Source of the DNA: Azolla caroliniana | Taxonomy: Eukaryota; Plantae; Polypodiophyta | Assembly: GCA_043228905.1 (NCBI GenBank) | Contig: JBHGNT010000003.1 | Coordinates: 13,764,001 to 13,828,000 of the forward strand | DNA: 64,000 nucleotides | Reading direction: 5' to 3' | In this document: positions 25,050 through 38,898 of the stretch, piece by piece | Position numbering within the stretch: position 1 is the stretch's first letter | Layout of the letters: every line of letters starts with the position of its first letter | Made by a program: the position numbers and the translations under genes | Notes under the pieces: model-generated | Seen by the model: only the letters and a program-made list of their open reading frames with translations | Database searches by the model: none | What the model was told of the DNA's origin: nothing

Positions 25050-27304
25050 CAATTAAGTTTACAAATTGTAGGAGTTTCAATAAGTCATATTTTGTGAAGT
25101 TAATTTACATTGTATATTCATATTTTTATTAACAAGGATCAATTTTATACTTGAATTAACTAGCGTAGGTTTTCATTATCTAGACTCCATCCACTAAATG
25201 TAGTTTGGGGTATAACAAAATATCCTTTGATATTGATCCGTAATAGTATTGACACCCTTGGTATTTTCAAGAATTTCATGCAGTATTCTCCTAATAATAA
25301 CCTTAAAAAATACTAACTTTTTGTCTAAGTAGCTCAAATAAATTAGAAAAAACTGATTTGATAATCATTCAAGTGTAAATAACTCTAGAAGTTACTTTTA
25401 TGACCCAAAATACAAAGGGTATGTTTGTTATTAGTTCTTACTATGGAAAGGTAGCATGGGAACATACACATGCCTATGTATATATATATATATATGTATG
25501 TACAGGGGGATGTCTATGCCCACACTCCCTATTGATCACACCTTTCTTCTCTTGTTCATTTTTGCAAACCTATCATATATTATAATAAATGATGCTATAA
25601 AAAGCATTTGTTTCATATACTACAAGAGTAAGGATCTTATGGCGAGGTGAACCGTCTAAGGTGTTGCAATACTAAGTGACATAAAAGCAATGCGTCTAGG
25701 AACAAGGTGCTCGTAAAGCTTAGTTGAGAAAATTACTGAACCAAATTTCCTTTTTTTCCTAGAAACATGTTGTACTCTATGGAGACCATCAAATAAGAAC
25801 CAATTTCTCAAACTCAAATTCTACCACCTACATACCCCCAATACCTAAGGTAGTAAAAAACAACCATATGTCACGGCAAGTGTAAAGCTTTGGTTGCTTC
25901 AAAGGAATGATGGCCAACTACTCAAATTGCCTTATTAATTGAGCCTGTAAGGAACATATGCATGTTATCCTCCTTGATAATTGCATAGAAAAAACATGCC
26001 CTGCCCTAATTGGAAATGTATAAGACACCGTTGTAGACTTTCCCCCCACCATTGTTCACCAAAGAAACATTATCACAAGGAAGACCCCTTTTTCTTCTCT
26101 CTCTTGATGGAATCACCATGTGATCTATGAGACTTGGCATTACCCATGGTGAGGATTGAAATTCGATTCTCCCAAAATGATGATGCCTTTGATGTTATAT
26201 TCTAAACTAAAAAGAAAAGAGAAAGTAAAGAACGAAGAAAGTTGTGCAAAATGTCAATGTAAACATCCTCTATATGCATATATATTTCATGAAACACACT
26301 TTGTATTTGGGAAACATGATGAATTAGACCTACCTTACCTCATAATGTTTCTCGTGGCATGGCACATATATGAAGAATGTTTTTTATATAACAAAAATTG
26401 AGTGCAATTCAAAAGAATACTTTGTTATCTATGCATGTTGCTTCTACAATGTACACTTTTCTAGTGAATAATTTAACTATAAATACTTTTATGTTCCATA
26501 ATTCATAACCATGTGCCCCTCACAAAGACATCTCGAGGGTGATGAAGTAGTGCCATGACAACTAGTTGAGTGAATGAACATGGATGAGATAGGTGGTGTT
26601 CAAGTTTCATGAAATGAAAACATTCAAATAGAAATGATAAAGAGAATAATGTATGATACATAAGGAGACTAAGATATGTAAGAGAAAGGAAGATACCAAT
26701 GAAGACATATGAGCCCAACATAATGGTAAACTTGAAGGAGCTTAATCTTCACATTTCAAGAATTATGGGGACGTAGAGATATATATATAGAGAGAGAGGA
26801 CATTGAGTTGTGTGTGTGTGTCCTAAGAATAGCACATGGATCCATATGATTGTGGATTGAGGGTCATGGTTGTTATGTCAGAAAAGGTGGATGAATTATT
26901 ACCAAAAAAACCACAATAAGGTTAAAAAGAGGAGGGTGTCCAAGTAGGATGGAGATATACATATGTAGAGAGAGATGGTGTGTGTGTGTGTGTGAGTGTT
27001 GTTTGGGCACATGGTGTGTTAGAGTTCACATGACATCCATCCCATCCCATCCTTCCAACATGGCAAAAGAAGAGAGATGAAAAGTGACCACGAAACTTAG
27101 CAAAGCGAATTTTATAACACCATACATATAGATGTATGTATGTGTGTATGTATGTAAGGGGAATGAATACACATTTGCAATAACATTATCTTTTAAGAAA
27201 TGAAAGAGTGAGAGGAAAAAGAGGACAGAAAAAGGAGAGGCCACCCAATTCATGTGAGACGCACAAACATCGCCTGCCTCTCTCTCCTTTCACACACTAG
27301 CCCT

Positions 27305-27348
27305 TGCCACGTGGCAGTCCCATCTCTCTTAGCTGGAAGGATGACGTC
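27305..27348. promoter_or_regulatory. Palindromic G-box (TGCCACGTGGCA) plus TGACGTC bZIP-type motif upstream of the IQD gene
   Basis: Perfect 12-bp palindrome at 27305-27316 and TGACGTC at 27342-27348, about 600 bp before the ATG, followed by CT-rich tracts. Function is untested. Confidence 0.4.
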
Positions 27349-27726
27349 GCACGGCGTTATGTAGAGGCAGACACATTTTCGGCTCCTTTATACATACATC
27401 ATACAATGTATGCATTTCTTGAGTTTTCAGAGATTCACAAAACCACGGTGCCCAATCCCTTTTAACAGTCAATATTAAATAAAAGCCTCCAGCAAAAATA
27501 AATAAATAAATAAGCCAGACGCACTTTATGTAAATTTCTGTTCGTAATTTTCTATCAATACATACATACATCAGAAGGAGAAACTAAAAATAAGAGACAG
27601 ACAGCAGAATTATATCTACTCTCTCTCTCTCTCTCTCTCTCTTTCCGCCCTCCCCTCCCCCCCTTCTAACCTTCGTCCTCTTTGTATCACATCCTTTCTC
27701 CAGTTCTCTTTCTTTCTACTACTGTT

Positions 27727-27767
<41 letters not shown>

Positions 27768-27944
27768 TTAGATCTATGATCGCTTCTTATCAATCCACAT
27801 CCTCATTAAGTATATACACAAGTGTGTAGATAATCACACACATACATATTTATCAAGTCTGCTTATTATTATATGGTGCTTCAATCTTGGATCCCCTATT
27901 CTCTGTGCAGATTTATTATATTATATTATTTCTTCTTCTAGAAA

Positions 27945-28210
27945 ATGAAGCCAGGACGATGGCTGCGGAACCTCCTAGAAGGAAGAAGAAAATCCACAAA
28001 CAAAGACCATATTACCAAGCCCAATGAACAGGCATGTAAATCCATCCATCTCTACAAAACAGACACAGAAATCATGGTTTTTCATTTTAATCGTGAACAA
28101 GAAATGAATAAATTTCTTGTTCACGATTGTAGTAGTTTATGTTAGAATTCTGTTGAGGAGATGTAAGATGAGGTGATCAATCATCGTTTGCTGTTCTCTC
28201 TCTTTCTCTC

Positions 28211-28243
<33 letters not shown>

Positions 28244-31200
28244 CTGTTTCTGTCTCTATCTCCATGTCTGTGTCTGTCCCTATCCCAGTATCTGTGTCTT
28301 CAACTGTCTTAGTATTTAGGGCTGTTACTGTGAATATAAAAAAACATGAGTTGCAAAGTGCATTGGCATGAGCTGTCAATTTGATTTATATTCAATTCAA
28401 TCCAATGCTTCCATTATTGCTTGCAGATAGATTTACTACATTTATACATACATGTAACGCAAAAAGTCCACTGCTGTTGTGAAGATTGATAGAAGCTCAG
28501 AGAAACTTTCGTAGTATGATATTAAAAAAATCCCCCTTTTTTTGTTATTTGGTGAGCGCAGAAAAAGGAGAAGCGAAGATGGAGCTTTGGGCGATCCAGA
28601 TTGGCGCGCAGTAGTGATGACAGGAGCGAACCGGCACGTGCCTGTAAAGTATCACCGAGCACAGACATCCTGCGCCGCCCTGAAAAGGGAGAGGAGGAAG
28701 AGCAGAATAAGCAGGCGATGGAGATGGCGGTGGCCACCGCTGAGGCGGCAGCTGAAGCTGCGGTGGCCGCCGCGGAAGCTGCAGCCGCCGTCGTCCGTCT
28801 GACCTCCAACAGCCGGTCCCTTCTCAACGGTGCCCCGGTCACAAGTCGGGAGGAATGGGCTGCCATCACTATCCAGACAGCCTTCCGCGGCCACTTGGTA
28901 AAAAGAAGAAATTTTACGTCATTCAATTTGCATATACATAATGGATCCAGGAGGAAGTTCCCATACATATACTGTATACATATATATCAGTCTCAATTGT
29001 TACTGCCGATCGATCGCCAGTCACCATCACGTGATGAAAAAAATAAAAATAAGTAAAGTTAAAGGACTTTTCTAAAAACCCTTTTTTATTTCTCAAAAAT
29101 GCCCACAACATTTAGTCGTTCCTTTTCCTGGAGAAGAGGCAGAATGTGGGGGCATTCTGTGGAAATAAAAGGGAAAGGGAAACACGGGGGATGGTGTTTT
29201 GTTTTCAAGTAAAACGTGAACAAATCTCAAAATTTATACAGTCATAACGTGAACAAAAATCCATGTCTTAAGTACTCTTTATACATGCTTGCTTGCTTGC
29301 TTGCTTGAACACAGGCACGCCGAGCATTGCGAGCTCTGAAGGGTCTGGTGAAGCTTCAAGCATTGGTGCGTGGTCACATTGTGCGGAAGCAGGCAGCCAT
29401 AACACTGCGTTGCATGCAGGCGTTGGTGCGTGTGCAGGCACGTGTCAGAGCTCGTCGTGTCCGTCTCTCTGATGAAGGTCAAGCCGTCCAAAGACAACTT
29501 TGTTATAGACGACAACAGGATGGCCGGCCTCGACGATCCATGGTAATTTAACCACTGTTCCCATTATTTCAAGCAATTGGAAAATGAAAAGTAGGACCCC
29601 TTTCAGAGCAATACGATTCATTTTGATTTTAGTTTTAATTTTGGAATGTTTTGGTTGGCTGCGTCAGGACCGTTGGAATGCTAACTCAGATGCAGACCTA
29701 GACACAGTGGCGAAATCTACAGGCAGCAGTACCCATCGTCATAATCATAACAATAATGCTGCTATTCATCATCGTCACCATCATCATAACAGTAATAATA
29801 ATAGTAGTAGCAATAGCAACAACAGCAATGGTGGTAGTGTAGGGGTACACAGGAGCAAACGAGAGAGGAACTCCACAATGGCTAACAACACTCTTCTAGG
29901 AGACCAGGTAAAATGGGTGCGTATGAGTTGTCCTTTTTACAGACCAGTAGAAACGAGTTGATTTTTTTCCTGCTTCCGCTTATAAGACCAGTAGAAATGG
30001 GAATGTAACTGAATTCACGGTACACTCTCTCTATTTTCTGATTGCTTTTCAAACGAGATTTGGAAGACCAATGTCTCTTTTATTTTTTACTGTCAAACGG
30101 GATAAAGCAACCAAAGTAACCAAGCATAAAAGAAAAACAATAAGATATACGAATTTCTGCTTCTTCTTCTTCTTTATTATTGCCTTTTCCATCATTATGA
30201 AAAAAGTAATATTTTCTTTTGCGAGGAGGTTAAAAAAAAGCGAGGACTTTTTTTTTTCTTTTTTGGGAGGGGCCAGACTGGTTCGGTTACACAAACTCTT
30301 TATTTTTTTTCCCTGAATAATAATAATAATAGTAATATGTATGTATTTGTATTTGCTTCGGTTCGTCTTTCGTAACGGAAGGGTTGTGTGTGCCGTTCGA
30401 TTTTGACGGGATTGGGGGGGGGGGGGGGGGTCGTGTAACTGCAGCAGGTGCACGTTAGTACTAACGGATCATCTACAAAACCGAAGTCCATGGTCATCGA
30501 CTGCGAGCCGGACAAGCAACACTGGGGATGGACATGGCTCGACCGTTGGATGGCCGCCCGCCCATGGGAGAGCCCATTCTTTGATCTAGACTCCGCCGAA
30601 CGGGAACGCAATCATGATGAGCACCAACATGAGCACAGTCACGAACACGACGAACTGTGGCCGGCCAAAATAGTTGAGATGGACACCGCTCGCCCCCTCA
30701 CGTCCGCGTCCGCGTCCGCAGCCACGCGCCAGAAACGGCGAAATGGATCCTTCTCCGACACAACAGGCTCTCTGGAGCCCAGTATGGCGTCCACGCCCCA
30801 TTACACTGCTGTGTCCAGCCCCTTCGCTGCTGGGCGGCCAAACATGTCGGCCACCACACTGCCACTGCCACTGCCACTGCCACTGCCACAGCATACATTC
30901 AGCCCTACCAATCGGCAGCTGTTGATACCAAGCCCGGTTTCTGACGCTGCACCTAACGGAATGGTGATAGCGACTGGGGATGGTGGTGGTCTGGAAACCG
31001 AGAGCCCGCTATCTCTGCAGGCTGCGACATTGGCCGACATCTATGACGACAAGTATTCGGAAGACCTGGGCGTTTATCCGAATTACATGGCCATGACACA
31101 GTCGGTACAGGCGAAGGTGAGGTCACATAGCGCCCCGAAGCAACGCCCGGATCCCAGCAGCAACAGCAACAACAACTACTCTGCCAACAACAGTAGTAAC

Positions 31201-31428
31201 AGCAACAAGAAGCGGGTGTCATCATTGTATGATGGGCGTGCTGCGGCTGCGGCTGCAGCGGCAGCACGGATGCAGAGGTCGTCATCACAGGTGCGATCCG
31301 CATCCATCAAAGGGTTCAATTTGAATCACCAGCATCCACCTCTTCGCCTCGACCGATCATCTCTTTCACTCCGGGATAGTGACACCGCGTCTGTGAACAA
31401 TTTGGAATTCCGTCGTGCATTCAAATGA
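27945..31428 (+). CDS. IQD: IQ67-domain (IQD family) calmodulin-binding protein with C-terminal DUF4005-like motif, about 623 aa. Exons 27945-28031, 28562-28897, 29315-29542, 29668-29907, 30448 (or 30445)-31428
   Basis: N-terminal GRWLRNLL and KKEKRRWSF; [22 protein letters not shown]; IQ67 domain [16 protein letters not shown]|[45 protein letters not shown] with the family's phase-0 intron; [16 protein letters not shown]; [24 protein letters not shown]. All introns are phase 0 and all exon lengths are multiples of 3. Confidence 0.93.
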
Positions 31429-32099
31429 GCCGCATTTTATGTTTTGTATATGTATATAGATAGAGGAAAGGAAAGGGTTCGTTTGCCCGGCGGCCTTCAT
31501 TTATGTTGATTTGTCCTTGCTCAAAACATTTTGGTATCTTCTGCGAGCCAAAGGTGTGTGTGATAGGGGATGGAAGGGAAGGAATCCGTCCGTGCTTGAG
31601 TTCAAAAAAACCTCAGCAACAACCAACCAACCAACAATTTCTTTTAGCCTAACATTCACATTTTTATCATTGGTCTTTTCAGTCTACTTATGTCATGAGT
31701 GTGTGTGTACTTTTTGGTTCACCCAATATGTGATGTCTTTTCTCTTCATATACTCATTACCTTCGTCCCTTGGCCCTTGGCCCTTGTTCTCGCACAGTTA
31801 ATTTAATATGCTGACATTTCTCCTCACAACGTACAAAATGTTCGCCTTCATGGAACTAGATAAAAAGACAAAATTTATGCCTGAAACCTCTAGCCACGTG
31901 CTACGGCTTCTCACTACCATTACTGACTCATAATTTCAAAGAATGGGATTACGTTTTTGTAACCTGGTTTCATCTAGTATATGATGAGAACTCTAGAATA
32001 TGTCTTCAGATGTCCCCCATGTTCAAATGTTGAAAATGTTTCGATGGAACGACTCTGTTGCCTATCACCACCACCTTAGTATCTCAACTTGGTGACTCC

Positions 32100-32950
32100 A
32101 TGTATTTCATCACTACCTCCCTGCTAATAATATGTTATGTTATGATGTTATAATGTTTTGTTAGAACTTATTTTTTCACAATTTCAATGAGTGTGTTACT
32201 CACCCTTTTGGTACATGGTCTCTTCATCTATCACAGTAAGAATTTATTGAAGGGAGCCTTTTGATCCATCGTATTTTAAAAGTAAACCCTTGTTCAGCAA
32301 TTTAGGAATAAATACGTTTGCCTATTTTGTTGTGTGATTGAAGGGAATGAATATCTTTGCCATCTTAATGTGTACTCATGACCCATCAAGAGCATGAGTA
32401 AATCTCCCTTTCACTAGCTCATTATTAACCTTATTTCCATCTTTTACATCACGATGATAGTCTGATATTTCTTGATAAGTTGATTTTCACAATTTTGTCT
32501 CATAAGAAGGCTAAGAAAAATCCAATGGGCAACTATTGTTCTTGTCCAAGCCTTTGCCTATAGTGAAGTTTGTAATAAAATCTTTTCGAGATAAAATTTA
32601 AAACTTTACCTTCCATACTCGAGATATGTTTACAACAATGTGCAAGTTACAATACTCTTTCTTTAACCATCATGTATGTTTTCAACATTTATATGCCAAT
32701 AAAATTAGTTTCACCTTCATAGTTGCTACATATGAATTCCCACCCAATTGTTGTTGAACACATCACAACAAGGTTGTTTGGCATTTTTGTTTCATCATAT
32801 TTTCATGTGACCCCAACCTGACAAAGGTGATTTTTTAAACATTAAAATATAAGGCAGAAGATTTACCTACCTTAGTTTAATGTGCACCCTTCACCCAAAT
32901 ATATCTTCGTTCACTGTACATTTTGTCAATATCATTCATTCATATACGTC
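32100..32950 (-). mobile_element. Possible highly decayed L1-type RT remnant
   Basis: Only short motif-like traces on the minus strand (IGWEFICATMKV at about 32715-32750; FTIGKGL at about 32545-32570). Confidence 0.3.
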
Positions 32951-33607
32951 AAATTTGTAGAACGAATGTAAATATCATGTTGTTTTATGAAAAAATGTCA
33001 CTAGGATAGTGTGACAACCAAAAGTTTCATGTCGCCCTTCTAAGATGTCCATAGGGGTGGGCGTGGACAAACAAATGAAGTGTTGTTTGGGCAAGGGGGA
33101 ACATTCATAATAGACCTTATGCATGGGCCCTACAATATACCTCATATCTTTCCTAATATGTGAGTAAAAAAGTGGAGTCCAAGTCCTAGAAAGACTCCTC
33201 AAAGAACATCCTTTTCTAAGGTAAGAGGAATGATGCTTGTGGCCAAATTAGATTTAAGTAAAGGATGGTCTCCAACTTGTATTTGAGAAATTCCTTGCCT
33301 ATCGGGATAGAGATATCCTATGGTTGGGAGTACAACCTTTAGCACACACTATACCTAGAATATTTATCATCATCTTCTTCATGACACATCTCTTCTTATA
33401 GAGATAAAGAGGGCACATTGAGAGACAAAGAAAGGACATGACAAAGTCGAGAATTGCTATCATAACTCTTCTTATCAATCCTTTAAGGTCGTAGTTCATA
33501 ATCACCATTATATCTACCACATCCCTTGCCGTTGTTGCCCTAATTGGTCATGCCTACATTTTTTTATATTGTTGTTGGCAATTGAATACATAATTGAATT
33601 GCTTACT

Positions 33608-33645
<38 letters not shown>

Positions 33646-34065
33646 TTATTGATTTCCAATAGGTAGCTAAGAAATCACTTTGTTTTTGAGTAACAATCGC
33701 TAATTTATTAGCCCCATCAAACATATCCCCTCGATTAGGAGTGAACTTGGTATGTCCACCAATCCTAAGCCCCTTGTCAACCCATTGGGGTTCTTTAAAC
33801 CCAAGTAGTCCATAAAAGATTTGAGAACCAAGAAGATACAAGTAGTGTTTCTGATTGGAACATTGATGTGGTTGACGAATGGTTTGTAATATGGGAGTAA
33901 ACCATGTAAATAATTAAGGAACTAGGCATCATGATAATCAATGTGATATTTTTTAAGCAACTATCTGATATTTTTCAATTCATACCCGTGTTCCGTGACA
34001 CTAGTTATGTAGTCATACACATAGTGAATAGATTATGCATGTGTACAATGCTTGTGTGTGTATTG

Positions 34066-34121
<56 letters not shown>

Positions 34122-34931
34122 CACACACACACATGCATGTAATGCAATGGTCCTTCATAGTGGACTATTGAGATTTGATGATACAAGTGGTAAGTTTGGG
34201 TGACATTTAAACACAAATTTTTGTGGCCTTTTCTACCAAAGAAAATGAGTTGAATGGGTGAAGTGTAGGTATCTTCACCTTCAAAATTATTAAAGAAGTG
34301 AAGATGTTGCATGTGATGGGATACAAGTTGTAAGAGACCACGATGGCATTGCATGAAATAACTTATTTTAATTTGAAGCGGAAGACATTTGTAGGTAATT
34401 GCTTTGGATGCGGCAAATAGGGTGTCTTGTCGACTATTGTTGTATAGCTGGTTGGTCGACTGTTGTCAACTGTGTAAGGTTATGCAGAATATGTGTATGG
34501 ATCTTGTTGAGGAATAAGCATAGAATAAGCATGAGAATGTGTGTATCTAGAATACAATTTACACAGAGAGTATTCACAGGGAAATAGAGAGACAATTACA
34601 CGGGTAGTTAGGCTAAAGAGACATTGTATTATTCTACATCATTTGTGCAAGGAGGAAGTTCCCCCTATTAATACATGAGTGGGCTTTGCCCTAACTCCAA
34701 GATGAGTACACATTTAGAATTACAATGGTCGGGTTGGAGACAAGCTCACAAGAGTTCGCAAACTCTAACAACAAACCTCACTCTATCAGAGTGTGTACAA
34801 ACTATTTCCACGAAATCAATTCTATCAAGGCCACAACCTTGAGCCGAACAAGGACGCCCTTCTTCTAAGAGTCTAATGGACGAGGAATACACATTGAACA
34901 AGTAAAACAAGGAGCAACAGAACCTGGTTCC

Positions 34932-36210
34932 TGTAGGGTCGTCGACAAACTCAACATGGGCCAAATCGGCTAAAGAAGCCGAGGGTCGAGAATTGAGAAC
35001 CGAGGGCCGAGGGCCATGAGCTAAGTAGAAAGGATTCCGGAAGGCCGTTGAGGGTCTATATTCCTATTATAGTAAAAAGGAATATCGTAGATAGATTTAG
35101 TGTCAGGCTCATTTATGAGCATTGAAGTAGTGACGGTACTTGTGTCAGCCCACTCGTCAGGGGCTTGTATAAAAAGTGCTCACTGAGCACAATGTATACA
35201 CAGAGTGTTCATTATTTGAAATAGAAGTTGTTGTCTGCTCTCTCTGTCTCACTCTCTAACACCATTATCTGTGTTTACCTAACTGTCGAGTTTCCGAAAC
35301 CAACTGTGTACTTAATGTCTATCGCACACGTATTCTTTTTCATGGTATCAGAGTGCGAGGGTTGAGACTCCTTTGCCACTGACAGAAAAGGAAGCATACA
35401 AGATAAAGTCAAATTTCTCGTTTTTCGGAAAAGAGAAGACAGGAACATGGACAAAGGAATGGGGAGCTCACTTCCGACCGAAAATCTTGGTCATACAAGA
35501 TGCACCAGTACCTGCTCAAGCACGGTCACTAGAGTTATGTCGAAGGAGATAATGATGCAGCACCCGAATCGACCCACAGAGATTTCCCGTCCTGGGAACA
35601 GGCGGCAAGCAGAGTTCTCTATGCTTTGCATCATGTGTGAGCGATTAGCTTTTGAGCTACAATCGGGATGTTAGGATGCCGAATGATGCTTGGGGAAATC
35701 TAAAGAAGATTTTCGCCACGAGCACCACAACCAGAAAGGTTCAGCTCAGACAGGAGCTGAGCAACGTCCGACAAAGAGACATGTCGGTGGCTGACTACAC
35801 CTCCAAGATCAAGGAAATCTGCAACTCTCTCGCCTCCGTCGACGTGAGCGTCGAGGAGGACGAAACGGTGCAGGTTTGCCTCGGAGGGTTGACGTCGAAG
35901 TTCAAAGCATTCCGAACAACGGTTTGCACAAGGGAGAATACGCCTTCGTTTTTTGAGCTACAATTGATGTTGCTCGTAGAAGAAAACCACTCGGGTGCAT
36001 CGATGAGTACACACACTGGCAACAAGATGTTGTACATGGAGGCGGATCGGCCCCGTGGTCGTGGTGGACGGGGCGGGTTGGTGCGTAATGGAAGCAGTTG
36101 ACAGGAGTAGAACTCGAGGCATAATCGAAATGCCGACAAAAGTTCCTGACCCTCCACGGGTAAGGGGAGTCAAGGCGGCGCCGGAGATCGGCAAGAGATT
36201 GAGTGCTGGA
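34932..36210 (+). mobile_element. Copia family B copy 2: 5' LTR (about 34932-35342), PBS-Met (35343), decayed gag
   Basis: CA-TGGTATCAGAGTGCGAGGGTT; gag MDKGMGSSLPTE...RKVQLRQELSNVRQRDMSVADY collinear with 7378-8078. The LTR start is approximate. Confidence 0.85.
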
Positions 36211-36357
36211 AAAAATGAGCCGATTCGGACAAGGCCGGATCGAGCCGAGAAGACGTGGATAGGCGTTAGAGATCGCACTACGTCGAACGCTCAGGACGAG
36301 CCAAAACGGGCCTAGCCTTCGTGATGAGACACAAGGCCAACTCAATGTGTTGAGAAT

Positions 36358-36602
36358 TGATTCGTAAAACCACAAGATCGAATGATACTGAAAATACACA
36401 ACACAGCCACACAACGACACAATGCACAGAGATTTATGTGGAAACCCAAAAACGTGAGAAAACCACGGGAGAAGAAAGATTTCACTATACGGTGGATGTC
36501 AAGGAAAGAGATTACAAGACTCTAATTTTGAGTGTCTCAACCACACAGGGTTCTGGGCGTCTGCTGTTACACACACAGCTATGGCGCCACTTTCTCTTTC
36601 CT

Positions 36603-36664
<62 letters not shown>

Positions 36665-37897
36665 CGCACAACACACTCACGTCTATTTGCCCTAGATATA
36701 TATATCTATAGATACATCGTATATATCTATTTACAATTGTAGCCATTGCTACATATAATTGATTATTATGCTTACTATAATAATAATATGTTCAAACAAT
36801 CGACTCTCTGTGTCGACTCTTCGACTGTCAGTTGTCGGTTGTCGGCTACTTCCGAATAGTTGGTTCCTCCCACTGGAGGGACATATTCCCAACAAACTCC
36901 CCCTTCACTCCTGTGGGAGGGAGTCAGTCAATCCTGTCTTCTATCGACAGACTTTAAGTCTGTCCATAGGTAGGTTCTTCGTGAGCATGTCGGATCCATT
37001 GTTATCCGTGTGGATCTTCACAAGTTTGAACTCTCCTTCTTCGACCTTTTCGCGCAACCAGTGATACCTTCTCTATATGTGCTTGGTCTAGGAGTGATAT
37101 GCGGCATTCTTGGCAAGATGTATGGCACTCTGGCTATCATAGTGAAGCAAGAACTCCCTCTGCTTCATCCCTAGCTCGTTGAGAAAATTTCTCATCCAGA
37201 TCAGCTCTTTGCCGGCCTCTACCGCTGCCATATACTCTGCCTCTATAGTCGACAAGGCTACACAGACTTTTGCAGTCGTGATTGCCATGACATTGCTCCC
37301 CCTCCATAGGTCATCATGTACCCTAACATGGATCGACTTGAGTCTACATCTCCCGACATGTCCGAGTCGGTAAAACCTTCCAGCATAGGTTTTCCGACAC
37401 CATACCCTAGACACACCCCTGAGGTGCCTTTTAAGTACTTGAGTATCCACTTCACTGCTGCCCAATGTTCTCTTCCTAGATTACTCATATATCGGCTTAT
37501 TGCTCCCACAACAGATGCTATGTCTGGTCTCGTATAGACCATAGCATACATTAGACTGCCAACGGCCGAGGCATATGGTACCTTCCTCATCTCGGCCTTC
37601 TCCTTCTCCCCTTTCGGGCACTGCTTCGCATTCAACCTGCAATTTGTCAGCAACACCAAGCCGACCGGCTTTGCGTCCGACATGTTGAACCTTTCTAGGA
37701 TCTTCCTCACATAACAGATGCTATGTCTGGTCTCGTACAGACCATAGCATACATTAGACTGCCAACAGCTGAGGCATATGGTACCTTCCTCATCTCGGCC
37801 TTCTCCTTCTCCCCTTTCGGGCACTGCTTCGCATTCAACCTGCAATTTGTTGGCAACACCAAGCCGACCGGCTTTGCGTCCGACATGTTGAACCTTT
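36358..37897 (-). mobile_element. Copia (A-related family C) 3' end: RT/RNase H remnant, PPT and 3' LTR (about 36358-36894)
   Basis: VPYASAVGSLMYAMV, ALSTIEAEYMAA, HLAKNAAYHS; minus-strand PPT AGGGGGAG followed by TGTTGGGAAT; a 203-bp tandem duplication at 37511-37897. Confidence 0.88.
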
Positions 37898-37898
37898 G

Positions 37899-38021
37899 CG
37901 TCTCGATCCCTTCGCTCGGGGGTGGTCGGGTGGATCGGCACCCTTCTTTCTCTCTCTCCTTTCTATCTAGATCTATCTTTTTATCCTTATTTTATGCTTA
38001 CATTAGTTCATGTCTCTAATA
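37899..38021 (+). repeat. 3' fragment of a family H LTR
   Basis: Homologous to 38586-38717; ends TCTCTAATA. Confidence 0.8.
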
Positions 38022-38251
38022 GAGCAAGTCAATGATTTTTGGAATATGCACCCGTGGCACCGGAATCGGCTTCAAGTTCCACGACGCATGATCAATCGAG
38101 AAGATCACCATCAGTTCTACTATCTTCGGATCAACACACCCTATCTCTCTTGATGTGAATGCGAATGCTTTTCCACGTTGCTCAAGCATCTCACAAAATT
38201 GTTCTTCTTTGTTCTGTAAGAGGAACCCACCTCCACCGATCCGAAGTTTCT

Positions 38252-38898
38252 TGTTACGGGCATGACCATATAATATCCCGTGGTGAGAATTGTCGTAGTA
38301 TTCTATACACGTGGATAAGTGTGAGGGTTAAACAAAGAGTCTAAAGAAGGGGAGGATTACTTTTAATCCTCGGGATTGAGACAACCCATGAGGCCAAGTG
38401 TGAACATGGCTGGGGGCCTTGAGAATTACTATAAATAAGAGGCCTAGCTACCCTCATTTGGGGCATGCATTGACTACGTCGAGACTCTGTCCGTGAGTGG
38501 AACGACTCTTGTAGCAAGCGCGCTATCGTCCAGGTACGACTCGACGCCAAGGCGGTGGTATGGGACGCCGATCGAGGCTCGAGTCCGTCTCGATCCCTTC
38601 GCTCGGGGGTGGTCGGGTGGATCGGCACCCTTCTTTCTCTCTTTTCTCTCTATTCTTTCTAGATCTATCATTGATATATCCTTATTTTATGCTTACTTTA
38701 GTACCTAATCTCTAATATTTGGTATCACCAAGGCGGTGGTATGGGACGCCGATCGAGGCTCGAGTCCGTCTCGATCCCTTCGCTCGGGGGTGGTCGGGTG
38801 GATCGGCACCCTTCTTTCTCTCTTTTCTCTCTATTCTTTCTAGATCTATCATTGATATATCCTTATTTTATGCTTACTTTAGTACCTAATCTCTAATA
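38252..38898 (+). mobile_element. Family H LTR element reduced to full 5' LTR (38252-38717), PBS stub and last 171 bp of the 3' LTR
   Basis: Perfect 5-bp TSD TTTCT (38247-38251, 38899-38903); TATA CTATAAATA at about 38429; TGGTATCA at 38720; 38547-38717 is repeated at 38728-38898. Confidence 0.9.

Noticed and set aside
34400-34930. LTR-like fragment upstream of Copia B copy 2 (also 36210-36357)
   Set aside because: No definable termini, TSD, PBS or second copy in the window.
38545-38600. tRNA gene, 5S (Cassandra-like) domain or hammerhead ribozyme in the family H LTR
   Set aside because: Only a B-box-like GGCTCGAGTCC; no cloverleaf, no 5S A/C boxes and no CUGAUGA/GAAA core.
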